The notes under the pieces were generated by a model. That model was given only the letters and a program-made list of their open reading frames with translations, was not told the DNA's origin and searched no databases. Positions 17,224 to 26,510 of a DNA stretch of 64,000 bases are shown here, one piece after another. Positions within the stretch are counted from its first letter, which is position 1. Each line of letters starts with the position of its first letter. The DNA is from Clostridiales bacterium (GTDB lineage Bacteria > Bacillota > Clostridia > Oscillospirales > CAG-272). The stretch spans positions 115,135 through 179,134 of the forward strand of contig JAAWDG010000011.1 of the NCBI GenBank assembly GCA_022793655.1, in the 5' to 3' direction. The translations under genes and the position numbers were made by a program.

Positions 17224-18339
17224 ATGATAGAAAATCGCTCAGTTACCCGAAGCATTGAGGCGCTGATGAAGCGCTACGGCATAGAGGGAGAGATTATTCT
17301 TTGCCAGCGAAATGAAACCGGTCATATTAATGATACTCATTATGTGGTTGTTTTTACGCCGGAGGGAACAAGGCGGGAGTTTATGTTCCAAAAAGTCAAT
17401 ACCGCTGTGTTTACCGAACCGTTAAAGATTATGTATAATATTTCTAAGATATCCAATCATTTAGTGGAAAAGTACGGGGCAGGCAGTAAGGAAACAACCG
17501 AAATTATGTCTTATCTGCTGAACGATGAAGGAAAAAATTATACCATTTTAGAAGACGGCAGCTTTTGGCGGGTCAATGAATTTGTCGTGGGGGTGTCGTA
17601 TGATCAGATTGACGATCCTTCGGTATTACATGATACAGGCTATATGTTCGGCCATTTTCAAAATATGCTTTCAGATCTCAAAGCGGATGAGCTGCAATAT
17701 ACGATTCCAGATTTTCATAACACGGCCAAGCGTTTTGAAGCCTTTGACAAAAAGGTAAAGGAAAATCCAGCTGGGCGTGCCGCCGGTGTTGAAGAAGATA
17801 TACGATTTTTCTATGACTATAAGGAAATAGCCGATCGCTTAGTTCGTTTACAAAATCAGGGACGTTTGCCGCTGCGGGTAACGCACAACGATACAAAATA
17901 TAATAATATGTTAGTGAACGCGCTGACCAAAGAGCCAATTTGTGTGATTGATTTAGATACAGTAATGCCGGGACTTGCCGCGCATGATTTTGGCGATGCG
18001 ATTCGCTGTGCGGCGAATAAATCAGTAGAGGATGAAATTGATTTATCAAAAGTCGGCTTAGATAAAACCTATTTTGAGGCGTTTACCAAAGGTTTTGTGG
18101 GCGAAGCCAAACAATTTTTAACAGAAGATGAGGTAGATTCGTTAGCGCTTGGCGCATTGACAATTACATATGAGCTTGCCTCTCGTTTTTTGGCCGATTA
18201 TATTGATGGAGATAATTATTTTAAAATTACCAGAAGGTTTCATAATTTAGATCGTGCGCGCTGTCAGATTCAGTTAGCCAAGGATATGATGCATAATTAT
18301 GACTATATGTGTGCAACGGTAAAAAAATATTATCAATAA
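17224..18339 (+). CDS. APH-fold kinase (N-acetylhexosamine 1-kinase-like phosphotransferase)
   Basis: HNDTKYNNML catalytic loop and DLDT metal-binding motif. ATG at 17224 is preceded by ggag; the track TTG at 17140 is unsupported. Confidence 0.6.
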   Translation: MIENRSVTRSIEALMKRYGIEGEIILCQRNETGHINDTHYVVVFTPEGTRREFMFQKVNTAVFTEPLKIMYNISKISNHLVEKYGAGSKETTEIMSYLLNDEGKNYTILEDGSFWRVNEFVVGVSYDQIDDPSVLHDTGYMFGHFQNMLSDLKADELQYTIPDFHNTAKRFEAFDKKVKENPAGRAAGVEEDIRFFYDYKEIADRLVRLQNQGRLPLRVTHNDTKYNNMLVNALTKEPICVIDLDTVMPGLAAHDFGDAIRCAANKSVEDEIDLSKVGLDKTYFEAFTKGFVGEAKQFLTEDEVDSLALGALTITYELASRFLADYIDGDNYFKITRRFHNLDRARCQIQLAKDMMHNYDYMCATVKKYYQ

Positions 18340-18486
18340 ATAAGATTTGCCGTGTTGAGACAAACATGGTTTCGACAGGTGCAGCCGCCAATAATGAAAA
18401 AGGCAATATGCCTTTTGTCATGTAACAATTTTTAAATATAAGGATTAAAAATAGGGTGATTGACTTCACCCTATTTGTATATAAAA

Positions 18487-19251
18487 ATGAAAGACAATCA
18501 GCGTTTTGAAGTTGCAAGAGAAAAGGCCGCATGCAGTCGGTTTTCAAGCTATAATATTGGTACCTATCAGGAAAAAACGCTGCACAGTGTGCTCAAATAT
18601 TATTATGAGCCGGCTATCGATTATCATGAAGTAAAATTAGGTCGATATATAGCTGATATTATGAAAGATGATGAAATCACGGAGATTCAAACCGGCTCTT
18701 TTACGCCGCTGAAGCGCAAACTCTCGTTTTTTTTGCCGAATTATCCGGTGACTATTGTATATCCAATTGCTCATATTAAATGGATTCTATGGGTAGATCC
18801 TGTCACTGGTGAGGTCAGCAAAAAGAGAAAAAGCCCTAAGGAAGGGTCGCCATATGGCTTGTTTATGGAGCTTTGTCGTATTAAAGATTTTGTGCTTCAT
18901 GAACATTTGCATATTAAAATTGCTATGTTGGATCTCGAGGAATATCGATATTTAGACGGCTGGAGCAAGGACCGAAAAAAGGGATCTCACCGTCACGATC
19001 GTATACCGATTGCATTTGACAGCGAAATTATTTTGCATGCACCAGAGGATTATTTGTTTTTTGTTCCCGAGGAGTTATATAATTCGGAATTTACCGTTTC
19101 TGAGTTTGGAAGATGCTGTCATATTCGGCCAAGACTGGCTTCGACTGCGGTACGTATGCTGCGTCATATCGGTATTCTTGATTTTGTAAGCAAACAAGGC
19201 AATGCCTATGTTTACAAAGTGAACAAGTCGTTGGTAAATAAACGAGATTAA
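18487..19251 (+). CDS. Conserved hypothetical, PD-(D/E)XK nuclease-like core
   Basis: YIADI...ITEIQT resembles the D...(D/E)xK/Q motif. Start ATG at 18487. Confidence 0.4.
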   Translation: MKDNQRFEVAREKAACSRFSSYNIGTYQEKTLHSVLKYYYEPAIDYHEVKLGRYIADIMKDDEITEIQTGSFTPLKRKLSFFLPNYPVTIVYPIAHIKWILWVDPVTGEVSKKRKSPKEGSPYGLFMELCRIKDFVLHEHLHIKIAMLDLEEYRYLDGWSKDRKKGSHRHDRIPIAFDSEIILHAPEDYLFFVPEELYNSEFTVSEFGRCCHIRPRLASTAVRMLRHIGILDFVSKQGNAYVYKVNKSLVNKRD

Positions 19252-19257
19252 ATATGA

Positions 19258-19293
19258 AAAAGAAGGACTTCGTTTTAATCGAAGTCCTTCTTT
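19258..19293. terminator. Bidirectional terminator
   Basis: aaagaaggacttcg / cgaagtccttcttt with flanking A and T runs. Confidence 0.7.
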
Positions 19294-19302
19294 TATTTTT
19301 AC

Positions 19303-22300
19303 TTATAAGTTGATTGCTTGTCCTAAATCGAACGAATAAATGATGATTTCTGATACCTTTTTGCCGGTCATTTTTTCGCAAGCGGTGCGGTAATAAGAGA
19401 GTTGGTTTTGATGACGCCGGCGAAGAATGGTCACGCAGTTTTCTGGATCTGCCTTTTGTGCGGGCGTAAAAGAATCGGTTTTATAGTCTATGATCTTAAT
19501 GGTATCTTCTGGCGTGATGAAAAAACAGTCGATCACTCCTTGCACGAGAACTTGTTCTTTTGCAAGTGCCGCTTGTTGTTCTGGCTGTTCGGTAAAAGCC
19601 GCGGCGGGCAGGTTGATATTAAATCGTATTTCTCGATATAGCTTTTTTGCCCTTTGCATTTCGTTAAAAAGAGAAGAGCGGAAAAAAGCATGCAGGTGAT
19701 CACGATTGATTAATTCGCCATAGCGAGTGGTAATAAATTTTTGAGCGATCAATCGTTCAATTTCGGCATCAATTCCTGTTTGTTGAACCGCATCAAAATC
19801 ACAAAATTGCATAAACACATGGGTGGCCGTACCACGGTCTGCCGGTGTATATAGTGTTGTGGATTCTAAAAATTTCGGTCCGTTGATAAAATAAGCGGGG
19901 ACAGGCTCCTCTTCTTCATCCAAAATGCCAGGATAAAGATGGGAGACAGACAACTTAGAGGGCAGGCGAGAAAGAGCCGTATATGGATACATGTAGTCAA
20001 ACTTTTCTTGGAGTATTTGAAGGCATGTTTCATAATCAGGCATCGGCGCCAGAGGCGGTGCCTCTTTTTCGCCGCTGCTCTCTTCAGTCGAAATAGACGA
20101 TAGCGTATCACCTTGCTTGATGATTTGCAGCGTCCAATCATCGGTAGCATTTGGTTCTTGCAATAGCGTGGTTAGCATCAAAGAGATGAAATTACGGCAA
20201 GAAAGGAGGGTGAATTTAGAATAAAGCGAAGCATTTTGCTGACATTTTTCAAAGAGCGTTTTTACACTTTGCGGAGAAGCGGTGATGAATAAACGTTCTT
20301 TCGCGCGGGTTAAGGCAACATAAAGTACTCGCATTTCTTCTTCGGTGCGGTTTGCCTCTAATTTAAGCCCGACTGTTTTGCGAACAATTCCGTTGATTTT
20401 TGCAAATCCGGTAGAATCGGGCGTGTAAAGCCCTAAGCCGAAGTCTTTTGCCATTAAGATGCCATCTCGGCTTTCCTCGCTTTTGGGGGTGTATTCACAA
20501 GCGCATAAAAAGCACACCTTAAATTCAAGCCCTTTTGAGGCATGAATTGACATGATTTTAACCGCCGGCATGGAATCATTTTGCGCTTTGGCTTCTTCTA
20601 CTGTTGCATCGCTTTGCATAATTTGATTCATATATAAAATGAAATTATAGAGTCCTTTAAAAGAACCTGCTTCAAAATGCCGTGCGTGTTCATAGAGCAT
20701 CATTAAATTGGCTCGTCTTGCCTTTGCTTCGTCGGCATTATGATGATATACACAGGAAAGCAGGGCGGTCGTGGTGTAAATGTGCCACAGTAGTTTGTCA
20801 ATCGGTTTTGTTTGTGCATATGAGCGCATATTGGTTAACCAATCGAAAAAATAAGTGAGTTTCGGTTGCGGTGTGTTCTCGTGGAATAATAAAACCGCAT
20901 CATAGAGAGAAGTCGGTTTTTGCGGTTCGGCGAACCGTCTAATTCTTGCTAATTCCTCTAATGATAACCCGAAAATGGGGCTTTGCAAGGCACCAGCCAA
21001 ATAAATATCCCGTCTTGGATTGTCAATGATATTTAAAAGACACATGGCTAATAGCACCTCTGCATTTTCAAAGAAAGAACTTGATTCATTGGAAAAACAG
21101 GGAATGTGCAGTGCGCTGAGCGCTTCTTCAAAGGGTTTGGCGCTTTTTTTAGGCGACCGGAACAGAAGCGCAATTTCATCGGGCGCATAACCTTCGGCGA
21201 TGAGTTCCTTTACTTTTTGGGCCACCCATTCCTCTTCTGTTATGTCGGCTCGTTCTTTAGCCGATTGATCAAACAGCGTTATGGTGACAGGGGCTGTTAT
21301 TTTTTCCTCTTCTTTTTTTGAATAGACTAAATTATCTTCGGGCAGATAGGCGGCTTTTCCATAAGTATTGTTCATCAATGCGGAAAACAGGCAGTTGGCA
21401 AAGCGGACAACTGGTTCAGCGCAGCGGAAATTGTTAGCTAAAAAAATGGTGAAGCAGTCTTGTTTTAAATCTGCATGATAGAGCGGGAAACGGTCTCGAT
21501 AGGAGGCAAAAATATCCGGTGCTGCGCCGCGAAAGCCATAAATACTTTGTTTCATGTCACCAACCATAAAGATATGAGAGGTGGTCGAAAGCATCCGGAA
21601 AATCGTATCTTGTACTTCGTTGATGTCTTGGTATTCATCAATATAGATTTCATCGAAACAAGCCCCGTATGTCATGGCAAATTCGCTTGGTCCGCCGTCT
21701 TTTTGCAGTAAATTTAGTGCATATCGCTCAATATCTGGATAATCAAGGATACCGCGATTTATTTTTTCTTCGGTGAAGGATTTTTCAAAAATCGACATCA
21801 TTTGATGCAGCTTAAAAAGCATAGCGGCAGTGTCCCTAAAGCAGGCAGCGATTTGCTCTTTAGTATGGCAGAAAAAACGCTCATGAATCTGCGATATATC
21901 TTTTTTAAAAGCAGTTCGTACCGCTTTGATGGTTTGCTCTTCAGGGCCGCTGCCAATACGGGCGCCTGCTAACGAAAGTGAAGAAAAGGAAAGCGCGGCT
22001 GTTTTGCTTGCCTCAAAGTCATGACGCTCTAATGCGTCTTGCATTGTTTGAAGGCATAGCGCTATATTTTCAAATTCTTGTTTGTATCGCAGCATGCTTT
22101 TGGTGTTTGCCTCAGCAAAATAAGAAAGGGCATGGCGTACAGGTCTGCTGTAACAGGCGGTGAATGAAGTAAGATATGTATGAGCGAATTGACCGTATGT
22201 AGATTCAAAAAAAGGTTTTTCCGCCTGCGTGAATAATTCTTCGGCTGTCGTTTTAATTGATTCGATTCCGCTTTCATAAGAGGAAAGTTGGTTGTATAGA

Positions 22301-22839
22301 GAGATAAAAAGATCTGGCAGTGAATCGTCTCGATCGTTAATAAATGGTTCAGTAAAAGCGGAAAAATCGTCAAATGCAATGAATCCGCTGTAAATATCAT
22401 CTAAAAGAGAATTCATGAGCTTGGTTTTTAATAAAGAGATTTCCGCTTCTTCAGCGATGCGCATGCGACAGGGAAGCCCCAATTTCTCATAATTGCGTTT
22501 TACCATCTCATAACAAAAGCTGTCAATGGTTGCAATGTGAGCACTGGAAAGAGAAGAAATCTGCTTTGACAAATGTTTGTTTGTAGGATCTTTTTCTAGT
22601 GCCTCTGTTAATTTGGCAGACATGCGTGCTTTTAATTCGCCAGCCGCCGCATTTGTAAAGGTGACAATCAACATGCGCGAAAGATCAGCATTGTTTTTTA
22701 CTTTTTCGATAATTCGTTCGGTTAAAACAGCGGTTTTTCCGCTGCCGGCGGCGGCAGACACTAAAATTTTGCTTGCTTTGCCGTGACCGACCGCTGCGAT
22801 GGCTTGCTGTTGTTGTTCTGTCCATGTAACTTCTGCCAC
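19303..22839 (-). CDS. addA: ATP-dependent helicase/nuclease subunit A (AddA)
   Basis: UvrD-type Walker A SAAAGSGKT and a C-terminal RecB-type nuclease (GVIDCFF...IIDYKTD). GTG at 22839 follows gaaaggag and the addB stop. Alternative starts at 22860 and 22911. Confidence 0.85.
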   Translation of the reverse strand: MAEVTWTEQQQQAIAAVGHGKASKILVSAAAGSGKTAVLTERIIEKVKNNADLSRMLIVTFTNAAAGELKARMSAKLTEALEKDPTNKHLSKQISSLSSAHIATIDSFCYEMVKRNYEKLGLPCRMRIAEEAEISLLKTKLMNSLLDDIYSGFIAFDDFSAFTEPFINDRDDSLPDLFISLYNQLSSYESGIESIKTTAEELFTQAEKPFFESTYGQFAHTYLTSFTACYSRPVRHALSYFAEANTKSMLRYKQEFENIALCLQTMQDALERHDFEASKTAALSFSSLSLAGARIGSGPEEQTIKAVRTAFKKDISQIHERFFCHTKEQIAACFRDTAAMLFKLHQMMSIFEKSFTEEKINRGILDYPDIERYALNLLQKDGGPSEFAMTYGACFDEIYIDEYQDINEVQDTIFRMLSTTSHIFMVGDMKQSIYGFRGAAPDIFASYRDRFPLYHADLKQDCFTIFLANNFRCAEPVVRFANCLFSALMNNTYGKAAYLPEDNLVYSKKEEEKITAPVTITLFDQSAKERADITEEEWVAQKVKELIAEGYAPDEIALLFRSPKKSAKPFEEALSALHIPCFSNESSSFFENAEVLLAMCLLNIIDNPRRDIYLAGALQSPIFGLSLEELARIRRFAEPQKPTSLYDAVLLFHENTPQPKLTYFFDWLTNMRSYAQTKPIDKLLWHIYTTTALLSCVYHHNADEAKARRANLMMLYEHARHFEAGSFKGLYNFILYMNQIMQSDATVEEAKAQNDSMPAVKIMSIHASKGLEFKVCFLCACEYTPKSEESRDGILMAKDFGLGLYTPDSTGFAKINGIVRKTVGLKLEANRTEEEMRVLYVALTRAKERLFITASPQSVKTLFEKCQQNASLYSKFTLLSCRNFISLMLTTLLQEPNATDDWTLQIIKQGDTLSSISTEESSGEKEAPPLAPMPDYETCLQILQEKFDYMYPYTALSRLPSKLSVSHLYPGILDEEEEPVPAYFINGPKFLESTTLYTPADRGTATHVFMQFCDFDAVQQTGIDAEIERLIAQKFITTRYGELINRDHLHAFFRSSLFNEMQRAKKLYREIRFNINLPAAAFTEQPEQQAALAKEQVLVQGVIDCFFITPEDTIKIIDYKTDSFTPAQKADPENCVTILRRRHQNQLSYYRTACEKMTGKKVSEIIIYSFDLGQAINL

Positions 22840-22841
22840 TT

Positions 22842-25800
22842 TTACTGCTCCTTTCGACATATTGGTTTCATATCGCAATAAGCGCATGGCTGGGCGGGAT
22901 CGCCGTTCCATTTTGCATTGGCGGTACCTGATTTTATTTGAGAACCAAGCTCACAGATGTTGTTTTCAATTAATGAAACCATTTCCCCGAATTGCTCTAA
23001 TGTTCTTACTTCTTTGCTTAGGTACTGGCCGGTGCCCGTTTTGTCCATTGCGAAAAGGATGTCGTCATCTTTTAGGAGAATGCCGTTTCGAATGATTTTT
23101 TTCTTTGCTTCTTCATAAATATCTTGAGCGTTTTGCGGATTGTCAAGTTTCAATGAAGAAGCTTTTGCGATATAGTATTGTACACCCGCGGGCAGTATAT
23201 GGCCCTGTGCGGTGCCAAGCTTATCAAGAAAGGCTTGATCCTTGGTTTTCCAAATAGCAAAGAGGTAAAGGAGCATCTGCATCTCCTGTCCCTTTTCGAT
23301 TAAATCAAGCGAAAGATTCTTAACGCCTGTTTTATAATCGACGATTCGTATGTACACATTTCCGTCTTTCTGGTAACAATCTACCCGGTCGATTTTACCA
23401 TAGAGGTATATTTGTTTTCCATCGGGCAGAGTGACAGCGTAAGGCGAGACACAGAGTGCTGCTTGCGATTTAGGCTCAGAGATAGCTAATTCAAAAAAAG
23501 CGGGTCTAAAATCGCTGTGGCGAAATTCATCTAAAATATTTTCAATCAAAAGCAGCGCGGTCCGGCGCAGGCGTTTGATTAAGGTTTGCAGTCTGGCGCT
23601 GATTTGCTGTTTGTCTCTTAGAACTCGCCGTAGATATTCTGTGATAATTTCATCTACCATGTGTTTGCAATCAGAAAAGCTAATGGTAAGATCCATATGT
23701 CCGTCTTGACAGATCTGATTCATAAAACGCTCGAGCAGCATGTGCATAAAGTTGCCAATATCTACGCTTTTAAATTCGGGCGATTTAGCACTTTGCAGCC
23801 CTAATGTGTATTTGCAGTGATAGGAAAATTCGCACTTAGCAAACGTATCAAGCCGGGATTGCGAAACGTGCAGATTGCCGCCATAAAGTTCTTCAGCAAA
23901 AGATTCTGAAAGGTGGTTTTGAATATTCGATATAGGCGTGTTTAGCGACTCGATACGTGCCGTATAGGCAGGATCAGATTGATAAAAATGAAGCAGTGCA
24001 TTGCCAAACGGCGTTCCATGGTAGTAAGCGGCCCATTCAAATGCGGAATCGTAATCTTCGATTAAATCAAGCGCCGGCTGTTTGTCCGCATCGAGTGCAG
24101 TAAGCTTTGGAAATAGTTTTTCCAAGCGGATAACGCCAAGTGAAGGGGATAATCCCTTACCGGCAAGAGTCGCTTTTGGATAACTAACCGTTATATTTTC
24201 AGAAGCAGTGCTGATACTTTTGTAAAAAAAGAATAACTCTTCTGCATTTTTGATATCGCTGGGATCGCTGAGTGTGATTCCTAACGATTTGAGCGTTCTG
24301 CGTTCACCATCGGAAAATATGGAGCTTTCTGTGGCCGCTTTCGGAAAGCTGCCTTCGGTAGCACCGATGACATACACGTCCTTTACATCGTGTAAACGTA
24401 GCAGGGAGGCATCACCAATAATGACCTCGTCAACAAAGAAAGGGATTTTGCCAATGGTAGCTTCTGTTAATATAATTGTTAAAAGATCACGATAAACCTC
24501 TGGCGTGGCTTTGGTGTCTTTAGCGCAGTATACGAGCCGATCAAGGCAATGCATCAGTGCGTTCCACACCTGGGTGCCTTCGGTCGAGGATTTTGACTTG
24601 TCCCGCAGACCTGCGGCAAAGTCAATCTGATTTATAAAAGCGTAAAGCTGTTCGGTAATGCTTTGTACGGTAGCGTCTTTATCAAAACAGGCAAAAAAAG
24701 CAAGCAATGGTTCGCGTACACGCAACCGCAGTTCGTTCACTTTTTGCAGCTGGGACGCGCCTTCTTCGGTTAATATTTCCGTGTAACCGGCCGGGTTCAT
24801 ATTCCATTCAAATTCATCAATCCAGCGCCGTCCGGTGATCCCCCAGGTCACTGCATAATTTTCTAAAAGATCACATTCATCCGGCGCAAGACCGCATACG
24901 CCTGTTTTGATATAGGTAATGACATCGTCTAAGCGCCAGTTATATATACAAATAGAGAGCGCGCAAAGAATCAGTTTGACCGACGGCATCAGCGTGATAT
25001 CAATACGTTTTGAAAGAAACGCAGGCAAGCAGTGTTTTTCAAAAACAGCGTCAATTACGCCAGTGTAATGCTCTAAATCGCGGGTAATAACGGCAAAATC
25101 ACGATATCGTTTGCCTTGCCGTACCTTGCGTTTTATATCAGTGGCTATAAATTCAGCTTCTTCATACAGATCATTAGCACGGATCAGCTGGATGTGGTCG
25201 GGCGACTTTTCATATGGCAGGGCAGCAAAATGCCATAGATGCTGTTCTAAAAAAGCGAGTTCTTCGTTTTTAAATCGAGGGTGCTGGTTTAAGAGTATAT
25301 CGGGCCGAATTTCCTGGCCAGAGGCTTTGGCTGCTCGGCGCAGTGTCAAATCCGTTTGGCGCAGGGAATGGTACATAATATTTTCGGTGCGATCGTAAGG
25401 TAGTGTAATAAAGCAATCAGCGCATTGTGTAAAGAGAGTTGCAATAATGGCAAATTCCACACCGGTGAAGCCATAAAAAGAATCGATCATAATGGTGTAG
25501 GAGGAGAGAAAATCAGCTTGCGGCAGTTTTTCTAAAAGCAACGTTAGATCGTCGGCGGGATCGTCAAACTCATTTTGCATGGCGCTTTGGTAAGCAGCAA
25601 AGAGCAAAGAAAGATCGCGCAGTTTTTCGGCAAGAGGGGTGTGTACCTCGGTCAGCGCATCGGCGGCTTCTTCTAATTTTGCCGGCGTTACGCAGTAAGC
25701 TTTGCACTCATCCATACAGGCCACCATTTCAGTAAAAAAAGAGCGTTCCTTTAGCGTAACGCCGCGGTATTTTTGTAAAAACGGCGCGATGGTGGTAAGA

Positions 25801-26084
25801 GCGCGCCACAAGATAACTGCTTTTTCTCCATTGGTTACATAATCGTATTTTAGTCCGCCTACGGCACGGAACACGGTATTGGCTAAACGGCGGAAGCTAA
25901 GCACCTGTACATGCAAAGAAAGACTGTCGTTGCATTGCTCTGACAGTCTTCTCTCACAAGAGAGTACAGCTTGTTCCGGCACTAAAAGAAGAACATTCTT
26001 TCCCTCTTCGGTGCAGGTTTTTATGGTTTGATCAATCAGTGTGCTTTTGCCCGAGCCGCTTGATCCATAAATAAACTGAATCAT
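22842..26084 (-). CDS. addB: ATP-dependent helicase/nuclease subunit B (AddB)
   Basis: N-terminal GSSGSGKST. C-terminal nuclease IVDYKTG and Fe-S cysteines C...CAYCDMKPIC. ATG at 26084 (MIQFIYG) follows agaaagg. Confidence 0.85.
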   Translation of the reverse strand: MIQFIYGSSGSGKSTLIDQTIKTCTEEGKNVLLLVPEQAVLSCERRLSEQCNDSLSLHVQVLSFRRLANTVFRAVGGLKYDYVTNGEKAVILWRALTTIAPFLQKYRGVTLKERSFFTEMVACMDECKAYCVTPAKLEEAADALTEVHTPLAEKLRDLSLLFAAYQSAMQNEFDDPADDLTLLLEKLPQADFLSSYTIMIDSFYGFTGVEFAIIATLFTQCADCFITLPYDRTENIMYHSLRQTDLTLRRAAKASGQEIRPDILLNQHPRFKNEELAFLEQHLWHFAALPYEKSPDHIQLIRANDLYEEAEFIATDIKRKVRQGKRYRDFAVITRDLEHYTGVIDAVFEKHCLPAFLSKRIDITLMPSVKLILCALSICIYNWRLDDVITYIKTGVCGLAPDECDLLENYAVTWGITGRRWIDEFEWNMNPAGYTEILTEEGASQLQKVNELRLRVREPLLAFFACFDKDATVQSITEQLYAFINQIDFAAGLRDKSKSSTEGTQVWNALMHCLDRLVYCAKDTKATPEVYRDLLTIILTEATIGKIPFFVDEVIIGDASLLRLHDVKDVYVIGATEGSFPKAATESSIFSDGERRTLKSLGITLSDPSDIKNAEELFFFYKSISTASENITVSYPKATLAGKGLSPSLGVIRLEKLFPKLTALDADKQPALDLIEDYDSAFEWAAYYHGTPFGNALLHFYQSDPAYTARIESLNTPISNIQNHLSESFAEELYGGNLHVSQSRLDTFAKCEFSYHCKYTLGLQSAKSPEFKSVDIGNFMHMLLERFMNQICQDGHMDLTISFSDCKHMVDEIITEYLRRVLRDKQQISARLQTLIKRLRRTALLLIENILDEFRHSDFRPAFFELAISEPKSQAALCVSPYAVTLPDGKQIYLYGKIDRVDCYQKDGNVYIRIVDYKTGVKNLSLDLIEKGQEMQMLLYLFAIWKTKDQAFLDKLGTAQGHILPAGVQYYIAKASSLKLDNPQNAQDIYEEAKKKIIRNGILLKDDDILFAMDKTGTGQYLSKEVRTLEQFGEMVSLIENNICELGSQIKSGTANAKWNGDPAQPCAYCDMKPICRKEQ

Positions 26085-26143
26085 TTGAATGATTATGCCT
26101 TTCTTTGCATCTGTGTCAACAGACACAAAATTTTATACGTCTT

Positions 26144-26312
26144 TGGTGTAATGAAACAAAATAAAATAGAGATTTGTTTCTAAAATTTATCTTGTCCCCA
26201 TAAGGAATGACATTCCGGCAGAGCCAGAACCGATAAACTTTGAGGTATTGGACTTTTTGTGATATAACGAAGACACCATGAAACGAGTGCGAACATAGCA
26301 AGGTGTCTTTTT
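26144..26312 (+). ncRNA. Element copy E2 with its own -10 box and terminator (candidate ~155-nt sRNA)
   Basis: TGGTGTAAT at 26144-26152. Hairpin 26153-26180. Linker TAAAATTTATCTTG. TGACATTCCGGCAGAGCCAGAA. Closing helix 26182-26191/26232-26241. agacacc...ggtgtct+ttttt at 26271-26312. Confidence 0.45.
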
Positions 26313-26352
26313 AAAAATTTACCGGCAAAGTGCGCATTTTCTTATATGTTAC

Positions 26353-26460
26353 GGTGTAATACAAGGAAATCCACGGGCTATCTATAAGAATAGCCCTCAC
26401 GGGCATTCTTAGAAAGTTTATCTTTTGGCTTTGCCAATTTGACGGAATGTCGTGCTGTGA
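26353..26460 (+). repeat. Element copy E3
   Basis: GGTGTAAT at 26353-26360. Hairpin aagaat(a)gccc/gggcattctt at 26386-26410. AGAAAGTTTATC. Hairpin ttggc/gccaa at 26425-26437. TTTGACGGAATGTC. Confidence 0.5.
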
Positions 26461-26510
26461 GAAAACTGAAAAATTATGGAATCATATGAATTGCAGTGTT
26501 TAAAAGTCAA

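Noticed and set aside
26290-26303. CGAACATAGCAAGG as a LexA (Cheo) box upstream of addB
   Set aside because: Only the first half-site matches CGAAC-N4-GTTCG; the second half is absent.
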